Shown in pieces: positions 36,479-45,770 of a DNA stretch of 64,000 nt. Origin of the DNA: a bacterium (GTDB lineage: Bacteria > UBA10199 > 2-02-FULL-44-16 > JAAZCA01); the NCBI GenBank assembly GCA_963674695.2, contig CAXXGI010000001.1:896001-960000 (forward strand), given 5' to 3'. Made by a program: the position numbers and the translations under genes. The notes under the pieces were generated by a model that worked only from the letters and a program-made list of their open reading frames with translations, had not been told where the DNA came from and made no database searches. Position 1 is the first letter of the stretch. Each line of letters opens with the position of its first letter.

Positions 36479-38428
36479 TTATTTTCCCTCACCACTGGCC
36501 TGTTCGCAGAACGTCACGAAGACGTCTTCGAAGGGCATCTGTCCCAGTACCGCTGCGCGCAGTTCGATCCCCTTCTCCTTGAGCAGGTCGCGAATCTGCC
36601 CCACCGCGCGTTGGCCCTCCTTGGTATAGAGATGCACCTCCGCGCCATAGATGAAGCAGTGCTCGAACGTGGACTTGAGCGCATCGACCGCGCCGAAGGG
36701 ATCGCTCGTGGCGAGTTCAAGCAGTTGCCCGATCTGTGCGGTCACCTGCCCCTTCAGTTCGTCGGGCGCGCCCAGCGCCACGAGCTTACCGCGCGTCATG
36801 AGCGAGAGGCGATCGCAGTGCTCCGCCTCGTCCATATAGTGCGTGGTGACGAGGACGGTCACGCCCATCCGGCGCGAGAGCAGATAAATGATGTCCCAGA
36901 ACTGGCGCCGCGCGATCGGATCCACCCCCGAGGTCGGCTCATCCAGAAAGATCACCTCCGGCTTGTGAATGATGGCACAGCCGAGTGCTAAGCGCTGCTT
37001 GATCCCCATGGGCAAATCACCCGTGACCGCATCGCCCTGCCCCGCCAGATCCGCGATGCGCAGGATGAGATCGCGCCGGTGAGGGAGCTCGTCGCGCGGC
37101 ACGCCGTAGATCCCGCCGTAGAGTTCGATGTTCTCCTCGACGGTCAGGTCGCGGTAGAGCGAAAACTTCTGCGACATGTAGCCGATGCTCTTCTTGATCT
37201 CGAACTGCTGGCGGAAGAGATCGAGCCCGGCGATAAATCCCTTGCCGTCCGTCGGCGGATAGAGGCCGCAGAGCATCTTGATGGTCGTGGTCTTTCCCGC
37301 GCCGTTGGGACCCAGGAATCCAAAGATCTCGCCGTGGCGCACATCGAGGGAGACGCGATCCACCGCGGTGAACGCGCCGAAGCGTTTGGTGAGCTCCTCG
37401 GTGCGAATCATCACGTCGCGGTTTTCAGGCGCATGCCCCGCCTGTGTGCCAAAGAACTCTTCGAAGGCGGCCTCGTCGATCCCCTCGCGCCCGCTGGCGA
37501 TCTTCGAGAGGAAGACGTCCTCGATGCCCGGCGTGTCAACCTTTGCCCCCTCGATTGTGGCCCCATGCGCACGCACATACGTGGCGATCTGTTCCGGGCC
37601 ATCCTTTTTGCTGATCACGTTGATCGCGTCGCCCATGGGATAGGCCATACGCACATCATCCATCTCCTTGATGACCTTGAGTGCGCGCTGTTGCTCCTCG
37701 ATCGTGGCGACGGAGACCTGCGAAAATTTTCCGTCGAGTTTTGCCGGAAACGATTCCGGCGGACCCCGCTCGATGATCTCACCGCCGTGCATCATGAGGA
37801 TCTCGTGACAGCGCGCGGCCTCATCCATGTAGGAGGTGGTGAGAAAGACGGTGAGCCCTCGCTGTTTGACCATGTCGTTGACGACCGTCCAGATATCGCG
37901 GCGCGAGATCGGATCGACGCCGGTGGTCGGCTCGTCGAGAAAAACGAGCGGCGGCTCATGGATGAGCGTGCAGACGAGTGCGAGCTTCTGCTTCATTCCG
38001 CCCGAGAGATTCTTGGCCGGTCGGTCGCGGAAGGGATCGAGGCCCGTCGCATCGAGCAGGAGTTTTTTACGCGTGTCGCGCTGCTCGCGCGAGAGCAGGT
38101 TGATCGCCGCAAAGTAATCGACGTTCTCCTCGACGGAGAGCTCCTGCGCGAGCGACATCCCCAGCCCCTGCGGCAGGAGGCCGATGGAGGTCTTGATGCG
38201 CTCCGGATCGGTCAGCACATTGCAGCCCAGCACCGTGACCGCGCCCTGTTTGGTCCCCAGAACGCCGCTGATGATGTGGATGAGGGTCGACTTCCCCGCG
38301 CCGTCCGGCCCGATGAGGCCAAAGATCTGGCCGGGCTGCACCACGAGCGAGACGTCGTCGACCGCCCGAAGTTTTTTGTAAAACTTCGAGACGCCCTCGA
38401 CCCGGATGATGGGATCGGCATCGGTCAT
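36479..38428 (-). CDS. Dual-domain ABC ATPase (YbhF/RbbA-like)
   Basis: GPDGAGKS and GPNGAGKT Walker A motifs, LSGGMKQK, two LDEPT. Confidence 0.92.
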   Translation of the reverse strand: MTDADPIIRVEGVSKFYKKLRAVDDVSLVVQPGQIFGLIGPDGAGKSTLIHIISGVLGTKQGAVTVLGCNVLTDPERIKTSIGLLPQGLGMSLAQELSVEENVDYFAAINLLSREQRDTRKKLLLDATGLDPFRDRPAKNLSGGMKQKLALVCTLIHEPPLVFLDEPTTGVDPISRRDIWTVVNDMVKQRGLTVFLTTSYMDEAARCHEILMMHGGEIIERGPPESFPAKLDGKFSQVSVATIEEQQRALKVIKEMDDVRMAYPMGDAINVISKKDGPEQIATYVRAHGATIEGAKVDTPGIEDVFLSKIASGREGIDEAAFEEFFGTQAGHAPENRDVMIRTEELTKRFGAFTAVDRVSLDVRHGEIFGFLGPNGAGKTTTIKMLCGLYPPTDGKGFIAGLDLFRQQFEIKKSIGYMSQKFSLYRDLTVEENIELYGGIYGVPRDELPHRRDLILRIADLAGQGDAVTGDLPMGIKQRLALGCAIIHKPEVIFLDEPTSGVDPIARRQFWDIIYLLSRRMGVTVLVTTHYMDEAEHCDRLSLMTRGKLVALGAPDELKGQVTAQIGQLLELATSDPFGAVDALKSTFEHCFIYGAEVHLYTKEGQRAVGQIRDLLKEKGIELRAAVLGQMPFEDVFVTFCEQASGEGK

Positions 38429-39372
38429 GGTTTGTCGTAGGACGTCCACTTAGCCTTCGGCTTGATGCGGATGGCGCCGCTCGCCGGCATGCCGGGCTTG
38501 AGCTTGTGCTCGGGATTTTTTTGAACGTCACACTTGATCCGGAAGACGAGTTTGGCCCGCTGGCTCTTGGTCTCGACGTTCTTCGGCGTGAACTGCGCCT
38601 TCGGGGCGATCTTGGTCACGCGCGCCTCGAACATGTCGCCGGGCAGCGCATCGGGGAAGATGCGCACGTCATCATTCAAGTTCACCTTGCCCGCCCAGTC
38701 GGTGGCGAGAAAGACCTGGAAGTAGAGTTTGTCGAGGTTGACCATCGTGACGATCGGCGTGCCCACGGCGACGACCTCGCCCGGGCGCACGACCTTGGTG
38801 ACGACCGTCCCGTCGGTGGGCGCGACCACGAGCGTGTCGGCAAAATCGGCCTCGGCCGCCACGAGCGCCTCGGACGCGACGGTCTGGTCCTTCTGGTATC
38901 GGTTGAATTCCAACGACGCGATCGCGCGTTTCGCGAGCAACCGTTTATGGTCCTCATATTCGATATTCGCCAGCGTCGCCCGCGAACGCGCCTGTTCGAG
39001 TGCGGCCGCGAGCTGTTTGGATTCGATGCGCGCGATCGGATCGCCCTTGGCGACGACCTGCCCCTCGTCGACGAAGACCTCCATCACCTTGCCCGCCACC
39101 TTCGTGCCCGCGTGGTATTCATAGGCCTCGATACGCCCACTCACATCCATAAACCCATGGCGCAGGTTGCTGCCGGAAAAGTAACGCCCGATGAAGACCA
39201 GGAGCCCCACAAAAACCAGGAGGACGAAGAGGCCGGCAAAGATCAGTCGCGCCTTGTGCTTGGATTCCTGAAACTTCTGCCACGCCTGGCGAATGGCCGC
39301 GACAGCGCGCTGCAGGAGGCCCTTGGAGCGCTCTTCGACCACGTCGAGCTTGAGTCGTTTATTCTGCGACAT
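38425..39372 (-). CDS. HlyD-family membrane fusion protein
   Basis: TM anchor, lipoyl-like halves, AQFTPKNVET, LKPGMP. Confidence 0.9.
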   Translation of the reverse strand: MSQNKRLKLDVVEERSKGLLQRAVAAIRQAWQKFQESKHKARLIFAGLFVLLVFVGLLVFIGRYFSGSNLRHGFMDVSGRIEAYEYHAGTKVAGKVMEVFVDEGQVVAKGDPIARIESKQLAAALEQARSRATLANIEYEDHKRLLAKRAIASLEFNRYQKDQTVASEALVAAEADFADTLVVAPTDGTVVTKVVRPGEVVAVGTPIVTMVNLDKLYFQVFLATDWAGKVNLNDDVRIFPDALPGDMFEARVTKIAPKAQFTPKNVETKSQRAKLVFRIKCDVQKNPEHKLKPGMPASGAIRIKPKAKWTSYDKP

Positions 39373-40666
39373 CCACCCCTCCATTCTCAAACACCGGAAC
39401 GCCCGCCACCTGGCGCAGCCGCGCCGCGATGAGCTGACGGGAACAGCGCGCCTCATAGGATCGCAGCGTCGCATTCGTCCAGAGCGCGATCGCCTCTCGA
39501 ACATCGAGCGCCGGCACCATGCCACTGGCATAGCGCTCGCGCACAATACGCAGGTTCTCCGCCGTTTTGGCCCGATTGCGCGACGCCACCCGCACCTCTT
39601 CGCTGGAGCGCTTCCAGGCGCGCATCACGTCATCGCGCTCCACCGCATAGGCCTCGACGAGCGCCTGCCGCTCGAACCGATAGCGCACCTGGCGCGCCTG
39701 CGCGGCCTGTCGCTGCCCCCAGTGGCGGCGCCCATCGAAGAGCGGCAGCCGCACACCGCCGACGAACTTGTATTGATCCTTGTTCATCGTGAAGCTGTCA
39801 TCCGTATAGGAGACCTCGGCCCTCCCATAAAACCGTGGGAGATAGGCCAGCCCCTCGGCCTGCGCCTCGAGGCGCGCCGCCTCGGTCTGGGCATTCTTGG
39901 CCTTGACCTCGGGTCGCTCGATCGGCTCCGGAATGAAGGCCGGAGGCACCGGCACCATGGGTTCCGCCACATCCCCCGGCATCTGCCCGATGATCGCGGC
40001 CAGGCGCATGGCCTCCACATTCACGCCGTCTTCGGCCTCGCGCACCTTGAGCCGTGCATCGGCAGCGGCCACCTCGGCGGCGAGCACGTCGTTGTAGGCG
40101 ACCATGTCCTGCCGATAGCGCAGGCGCGCCACACGCTCGTGTTCGTTCCAGGCGCTCGCGGCCTTGCGCGCGACCTCCATCTGTTTTTTTGAAAGATAAT
40201 ACCCGCTGTAGACGTGCACGAGCTCCACCGCGCGCGATTGCGTCCGCGCCGTGACCGTGTGCTCGGCCGCATTCACGTTCTCGCGCGCACTCTTATATCG
40301 CGCGATCGACATACCGCTGTCGAAAAACATCTGCTCCATGCCAACGGCGACGCTGGGAACGGTATCGTCGGTCGCCTTGAAGGGAATGGTCTGGTTGATT
40401 CCGAGGGCGGGAACCGGCTCCATCATCCAGCCGAAGTCCTTGGCGAAATAGCGAACCTTCGCCTCGCCGCCGATCTGCGGGAGAAAGGCCGCCATCGCGG
40501 ACGTCCGCTCCCCCTTGCTCTCGGGCAGGATCTCGCGCGCCGCCTGCAGGGCGGGGTCGTTGTCCATGGCCAGCTCCCACGCCTCGGAGAGCGTGAGCAG
40601 ATCGACCGCATACGCGTGAGCGGAGAGAAAGAGGAGAACAACAATGGCCGCGACGGTTCGTTTCAT
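39359..40666 (-). CDS. TolC-family outer membrane efflux protein
   Basis: Signal peptide, AFLPQI / AYLPRF repeats, LPLFDG. Confidence 0.88.
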   Translation of the reverse strand: MKRTVAAIVVLLFLSAHAYAVDLLTLSEAWELAMDNDPALQAAREILPESKGERTSAMAAFLPQIGGEAKVRYFAKDFGWMMEPVPALGINQTIPFKATDDTVPSVAVGMEQMFFDSGMSIARYKSARENVNAAEHTVTARTQSRAVELVHVYSGYYLSKKQMEVARKAASAWNEHERVARLRYRQDMVAYNDVLAAEVAAADARLKVREAEDGVNVEAMRLAAIIGQMPGDVAEPMVPVPPAFIPEPIERPEVKAKNAQTEAARLEAQAEGLAYLPRFYGRAEVSYTDDSFTMNKDQYKFVGGVRLPLFDGRRHWGQRQAAQARQVRYRFERQALVEAYAVERDDVMRAWKRSSEEVRVASRNRAKTAENLRIVRERYASGMVPALDVREAIALWTNATLRSYEARCSRQLIAARLRQVAGVPVFENGGVDVAE

Positions 40667-40753
40667 GGGCCCCACATGAACGATCGAAAATAGGGAGATG
40701 AAATCGGGGCAGATTGTATCTGTTTTGAGCTATTTCGCAAGGAGTTGTAGGGC

Positions 40754-40850
40754 TGTCATCCCCGCGCAGGCGGGGATCTCGATTGGCCATTACAAGCGAG
40801 ATTCCCCCGCCACACAACCGGCGGGCAGGCTGCCTGCGCGGGAACGACAG
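40754..40850. repeat. REP-like doublet with 25-bp internal insert
   Basis: GTCATCCCCGCGCAGGCGGGGATCTCG...CGAGATTCCC[CCGCCACACAACCGGCGGGCAGGCT]GCCTGCGCGGGAACGAC. Confidence 0.85.
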
Positions 40851-40890
40851 CACGAGAAAACTTTGTCAGCAGTCTGAAATGCTTCAACGC

Positions 40891-43875
40891 TTATGGTTTG
40901 GCACTCATCCCCGCCGCGATCTCGGCTTCGAGGGCGGCCGTGCTGAAGAGCGGCCATTGGGGGATGTCGTAGACTTGGATGGCTTTGGTCTTTGCGAGCA
41001 TCGCTTGGGCATTCGCGATATCGCCCATCGCAAAATACGCGCGGGCCTGGATGAAACAGCCCGCTGGCTGTTTCGGCGCGCGCTGGGCGAGCGCCTCGCC
41101 GATGCCAAGCGCCTCCTCGGGGCGACCCAGCGCGATGAGGGCGTGGGCCTTGATATTCGATGCGTTGATGTTCATCGGCATGCGCGCAAGGACGGCTTCG
41201 GCACTGACAAGCGCCTCTTCAAAACGCTCCTCGCGCAGCAGGAGGCTCGGCTCGACCGTGCGGATCTGATAGACGTCGGGAAAACGCGCGCGCAGCTCTT
41301 CGAAGCGCGCACGCGCCATCGCGACCTTCTCCACCGTGTCCGCTTCGGTGATGTCGAGACCGACCATGTTCGCCTCGACACCCCAATCGTACGGATTGGC
41401 GGCGATCGCCTTCTCGCAATACATACGCGCATCATCGAAGTTTCCGCGGGCGAAGGCGAGCCAGCGCTCGAGCTGGGAGACGATCGCCGGGTCCGTCCCC
41501 GGCGTCTCGATCGCGTCAAAGAGACTCGCCTCGAGAGAGGCGATGTCGTTCTCGCTCCACCAGAGCTGTTGCTGAAGCGAGCGGCGAATCTCCGGATGCT
41601 GCGCCGCATCGATCCGATCGATCTGCTCCCGTGCCGCATCGAGGTCGTTCATCTCTAGGGCGATACTCGTACGAAAAAGCCGGGCATTCATGTCGCGCGG
41701 ATGGTATTCGATCTGGCGATCCAGCACCGAGATGGCTTCCTCGTAATGGCCCATCATCGCCTTGGCGCGAGCGAGGGAAATGCTCCGAGGATCATTGGCG
41801 CGCTCCGATCTCACGTTGCCAAACCACCGCAGCGCCATGCGCGGGTTTCCCTTCATCAGCTCCAGATCGATTTTGAGGAATGCCCCCATCGGATTTCGCC
41901 AATAGACCGTCGCTTCCCGTCCCGCCTCTACGGCGGCGCGATCCAGATCACCGCGCACCTGGGCAATGGTCGTGAGCGTCGCATGGCTCCCGGGGAGATT
42001 GGGAGCAACCTCCATCGCATCGGAAAGAAGCGATTCAGCGGCATCATATTGAGAACGCATCACCTCATCGAAGGCGATGACTTTCAGCATCAGGGCATTG
42101 CGCGGATTCTGCATCAGCGCGCGTTCGGCATACGCGATGGCATCGGCCTTGTGTCCCAGGACGCTTTCGCGCTGAGCCAACATCGTCTCCGCCCAGCCGG
42201 AGAAGGGAAGCTTTTCTTTAAGCTCACCGGCAGCCATCGTGAAATTGCGCTCGATCATCGCACGGGAAAGAACCCGTTCCTCTTCATCGACCGGCTGCAT
42301 CCCCGTGACCCCCATCGCCATGATCAACGGCAGGATCGCGTGTGGGTTGTTGGGAAACCGGGTGACGACCGCCATCCCCAACTCACGAGCCACTTCGGGG
42401 GAGAAGCGTTGCATCCAATCACTGAAATAGTTGAACAACGCGATCCGCTCCGGAATCGCCTCTACAGACGGCTCAACCTCCTCGATGATGGCATCGATAA
42501 TCGCAGCGCGTTCTTCGGGCGACGCGGATGCATCCGACGAGATCAATTTGAGTGAATTGAGGTGATTCCGAATGGAGCTATAATCAGGGCATCCTTCCGG
42601 ATCGATAAAGTGGGCAACGCGATGGAGAAAAGAGCCATCTTCCTGACTGCTGGCGAGACTGCTCAGATACATCGCCACCGGATTGACCTCGCGCGACCAG
42701 CCGATCTCGCCGATCCCGATGGGGTCGAGGCTCTTGCCCTCGCTGGCGGGATAGACGTGGTTCTCGGTCATTCGGCTCTCGACGCTGCACGGAACGCCGG
42801 TCGCCGCGAGCGCGGCCTCGACCATGTACATCCGCTCCGAACAGCTCCCGTAGTTTTGGTTGGGATCGCGACAGACCGCGAACGACTCGGCCGCCGTCAT
42901 CTCAACGCTCGCAAGCTCTTCATCGATACTCATCGTCCGCGGCTCATCGGAGGCAAAGCAGAGGCCCCCCTCGGCGAAGGCGGACGTGCCCGCCTCGACG
43001 AACTTCGGACGAAAGGCATTGCAGAAATTCGGATCGTCACGGGAGATGCCGATCTCCGCCTCGACCCGCGCAGCGATCTCTCGAGCGCGCGCGACGTCCT
43101 CGGGGGAGAGGTCCTGCAGATCGATCGGGTGGCGCACGCCCAGCGGTTCGAGCACGTGCGCAAACCGCAGCCAGTCTGCGCGCGTCACGGCAAACGCCGC
43201 CGCCTCGGCCAGTTCCACGCCACCATCGCCATTGAGATCGAGTGCCGCGACATCATCCAGGCTGGCGACCTTGACGATCTCGGCAATCTGTCGCATCTCT
43301 TCGATCTGTTCCTCTTCCCGCTCAACATCCGCGGCGACAACAGCGAAGAGCCCGCCGGCGATCTGGTCGGCCGAAAGCCTCCCATCCGCGCAGGCAAGAA
43401 TGGCCTCCGGCGTGAGCCTCTCGACCATGTGCGCCGCGATCCGCTGCGCCGTTTCAAACTCCTCCTCGTCAATACAGGCGCGCTCGATGAGCGTTCCATC
43501 CTGATATTGTCGATCACGCATGAGGCAACTGGCGGCACCCCCATCGTCCGATGACTCCTTCACGTGAAGAAGCGCCGTGCCGATGATGGAGGACCAGAGA
43601 CAGCTGCGGCCCGTGAAGAAGAACATCTCCGCCCCGCAGTCGTTCATCCCGGCATCAGCATCCCGATAGGCATCGCCGGCAAAACAGTTCTCACGTTCGA
43701 CATCGGTGGCCTTTTCCTGGCAGGCCTGCTCCTGCGCCTCGAATTGAGCGGCGATATCCCCACAGAGCTTCCCCTTCGCCGCCTGCTCCTCCTCGGAGGG
43801 CGTGCCCAAATCCCGATCCAGACGCTCGAAGATGCGCCGGCTCGCCTCGGTCATCGTCATCTTCTCGGCCATCAT
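40891..43875 (-). CDS. Large TPR protein with EF-hand-like loop and transglutaminase-like core
   Basis: DLNGDGGVELAE; GSCSER...GVP...HVY...LDP; C-terminal TPR-like repeats. Confidence 0.65.
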   Translation of the reverse strand: MMAEKMTMTEASRRIFERLDRDLGTPSEEEQAAKGKLCGDIAAQFEAQEQACQEKATDVERENCFAGDAYRDADAGMNDCGAEMFFFTGRSCLWSSIIGTALLHVKESSDDGGAASCLMRDRQYQDGTLIERACIDEEEFETAQRIAAHMVERLTPEAILACADGRLSADQIAGGLFAVVAADVEREEEQIEEMRQIAEIVKVASLDDVAALDLNGDGGVELAEAAAFAVTRADWLRFAHVLEPLGVRHPIDLQDLSPEDVARAREIAARVEAEIGISRDDPNFCNAFRPKFVEAGTSAFAEGGLCFASDEPRTMSIDEELASVEMTAAESFAVCRDPNQNYGSCSERMYMVEAALAATGVPCSVESRMTENHVYPASEGKSLDPIGIGEIGWSREVNPVAMYLSSLASSQEDGSFLHRVAHFIDPEGCPDYSSIRNHLNSLKLISSDASASPEERAAIIDAIIEEVEPSVEAIPERIALFNYFSDWMQRFSPEVARELGMAVVTRFPNNPHAILPLIMAMGVTGMQPVDEEERVLSRAMIERNFTMAAGELKEKLPFSGWAETMLAQRESVLGHKADAIAYAERALMQNPRNALMLKVIAFDEVMRSQYDAAESLLSDAMEVAPNLPGSHATLTTIAQVRGDLDRAAVEAGREATVYWRNPMGAFLKIDLELMKGNPRMALRWFGNVRSERANDPRSISLARAKAMMGHYEEAISVLDRQIEYHPRDMNARLFRTSIALEMNDLDAAREQIDRIDAAQHPEIRRSLQQQLWWSENDIASLEASLFDAIETPGTDPAIVSQLERWLAFARGNFDDARMYCEKAIAANPYDWGVEANMVGLDITEADTVEKVAMARARFEELRARFPDVYQIRTVEPSLLLREERFEEALVSAEAVLARMPMNINASNIKAHALIALGRPEEALGIGEALAQRAPKQPAGCFIQARAYFAMGDIANAQAMLAKTKAIQVYDIPQWPLFSTAALEAEIAAGMSAKP

Positions 43876-43928
43876 CCCTCCGGGACATTACAGGCGATCA
43901 TGAGCACCGCGTGGCCCTGTACACAGTA

Positions 43929-43956
43929 TTATCGGTCGCGCAGGTGCCAGAGTTGC
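43929..43956 (-). promoter_or_regulatory. sigma28-like promoter GCAAC-N15-ACCGATAA
   Basis: Same motif and spacing as 22454-22481. Confidence 0.5.
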
Positions 43957-44062
43957 CTGTTTTTCGTGTATTTTAACAACATTGTTTCGACGCAGATGGC
44001 ATTTGGCTCACGTATTCCCAAAAGCGGGGCGAAATCACCTTGCTCAGATTGCGGGATCTGCT

Positions 44063-44566
44063 ATGACCACCCCCATGGGACCTCAAAAGATCGCGAATGA
44101 ATTCAAAGGGTTTTCCGCCTCCATCCGTCGCGAGGTCAAAAACCTCCTCGAGATGTTCGAGTTCTTCCTCTCGGAACGACAGCTGGAAAAACCGATCGAC
44201 TTGCTCGGCGAGTCGGTGCGCGACCTGCGCATCATCATCGGACGGCTGCTCGTCGATCACTTCCTCAACCTCTCAACCGAGGACGAAGAGCGCTTCACCG
44301 AGGCACTCGCCGAGCTCCTCGTCGATCGCGCCGAACGCATCCCGACGGAGAACGAGGCGGATGTGGAATATTTCGAATATGTCGTCGGTGAAGTGTTGAT
44401 GGCCTTCGAATATGCCCAGGAGATCAAAGCGGCCTACGCCGAGGATCCCATTCAGCAGAAGATCATGGCGCTCGACATCCCCGTGCTGCGCCCCTTCGAC
44501 TACGGCCTGCAGAAAAAACTCAAGCTCATCAAGAAGGCCCGCCCGCACAAAAAACATCCGTCGTAA
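44063..44566 (+). CDS. Hypothetical acidic helical protein
   Basis: Coding-like composition; no recognised motif. Confidence 0.7.
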   Translation: MTTPMGPQKIANEFKGFSASIRREVKNLLEMFEFFLSERQLEKPIDLLGESVRDLRIIIGRLLVDHFLNLSTEDEERFTEALAELLVDRAERIPTENEADVEYFEYVVGEVLMAFEYAQEIKAAYAEDPIQQKIMALDIPVLRPFDYGLQKKLKLIKKARPHKKHPS

Positions 44567-44592
44567 AATATGAGCAGATGTATTCCGAAGGA

Positions 44593-44688
44593 TGTCATTC
44601 CCGCGAAGGCAGCCTGCCCGCCGGTTGTGTGGCGGGGGAATCTCGATGGACACGAAACATCGAGATCCCCGTTTTCACGGGGATGACA
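44593..44688. repeat. REP-like doublet with 25-bp internal insert
   Basis: Arms near-identical to 45674-45768; spacer differs. Confidence 0.88.
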
Positions 44689-44750
44689 AAACTGGGGTTT
44701 GCCCCCACCCACCGGTGTTTCGACAAAAACCTCTCGTTTTCACTGCACAC

Positions 44751-44801
44751 AAAAAACTGCGGTCGGGCGGCGGCGGGGGAGCCGCCACCCGAACCACAGT
44801 T
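44751..44801 (-). terminator. Probable terminator of comEA
   Basis: AACTGCGGTCGGG...CCCGAACCACAGTT hairpin with T-run on minus strand. Confidence 0.55.
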
Positions 44802-44817
44802 GGCGAAGACCCACCCC

Positions 44818-45159
44818 CTATCGGGCGGACTTCCCCGCCGTGCCAGTCTTTGCCTGCGCGCCTCCCGCAACGGTGACAAACGGGCTGATCTTGGCGAGCA
44901 ACTTCTCGCCGATGCCCTTGACACTCGTGAGCTCATCGACCGAGGCAAACTTCGTGTTCGAGCGGTGCGCGACGATCGCCTCGGCCTTTGATGCGCCGAT
45001 CCCCGGGATCTCCATGAGCTGCTCGACGCCGGCGGTGTTGATGTTCACCGGGGAAGCCGGTGCCACCTTGGCGGCCATCGCGCCCGTGGCCATCGTGAGT
45101 GCGGCCAAGAGCCCGAGCGTTGCGATCATCGTCTTCATCCGTGCGTGTCCTTTTTTCAT
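44818..45159 (-). CDS. comEA: ComEA-family helix-hairpin-helix DNA-binding protein
   Basis: VNINTA..EQLMEIPGIGASKAEAIV...VKGIGEK; signal peptide. Confidence 0.9.
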   Translation of the reverse strand: MKKGHARMKTMIATLGLLAALTMATGAMAAKVAPASPVNINTAGVEQLMEIPGIGASKAEAIVAHRSNTKFASVDELTSVKGIGEKLLAKISPFVTVAGGAQAKTGTAGKSAR

Positions 45160-45185
45160 CTCTTCCTCCTTGTGGTGGTGGTTGT

Positions 45186-45410
45186 TTATCCGTTGTTCAT
45201 GGCCTTGCCGTTCGAGGCAGCGCCACGTCCCTTGCGGGGGTCGCGGATCTGCAGCTTGCCTTCGGTGGGAAAGGTGCCGAGCAGGACGTTGATCGACCCG
45301 TCGCGGTTCACATAGGCGCTTCCCACGCGGGTCCATTTCGACGTCCGCTCCTGACCCTCCCCTTCTTCTATGATGTTGAAGACATCCTTGGTCGTGCTCT
45401 TCTCCGTCAT
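45186..45410 (-). CDS. Small conserved-looking hypothetical protein
   Basis: WTRVGSAYVNRDGSINVLL...GKLQIRD; SD AAGGAG. Confidence 0.7.
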   Translation of the reverse strand: MTEKSTTKDVFNIIEEGEGQERTSKWTRVGSAYVNRDGSINVLLGTFPTEGKLQIRDPRKGRGAASNGKAMNNG

Positions 45411-45673
45411 TGCGCTCTCCTTTCCGATGGGGCGATCGATCGCGTTATGCAGATGGAGAAAGCAAGGAGCGTGCCAACGCAGAAGAAAACGGTGCAGGCA
45501 GACAACCGTTTAAAATTCTAAAACAAATAGACGGTGTTTGATTCTCGGAACAGGATGGAGGTGCCGAAAAACGCAGCAGCACTGCCGAAAAACGCAGCAG
45601 CGCTCTGGCGTGATGGCTGAATCGTGAGATGGCTGAATGGCTCAATCGTTCCCGTCCGGAAAAGGGTTATTGC

Positions 45674-45768
45674 TGTCATTCCCGCGAAGGCAGCCTGCCC
45701 GCCGGTTGTGTGGCGGGGGAATCTCGCTTGTACGGCCAATCGAGATCCCCGTTTTCACGGGGATGACA
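45674..45768. repeat. REP-like doublet with 25-bp internal insert
   Basis: GTCATTCCCGCGAAGGCAGCCTGCCCGCCGGTTGTGTGGCGGGGGAATCTCG...CGAGATCCCCGTTTTCACGGGGATGAC. Confidence 0.88.
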
Positions 45769-45770
45769 AA

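Noticed and set aside
45562-45601. 18-bp direct repeat GCCGAAAAACGCAGCAGC x2
   Set aside because: Only two copies and no further support; may be a local duplication
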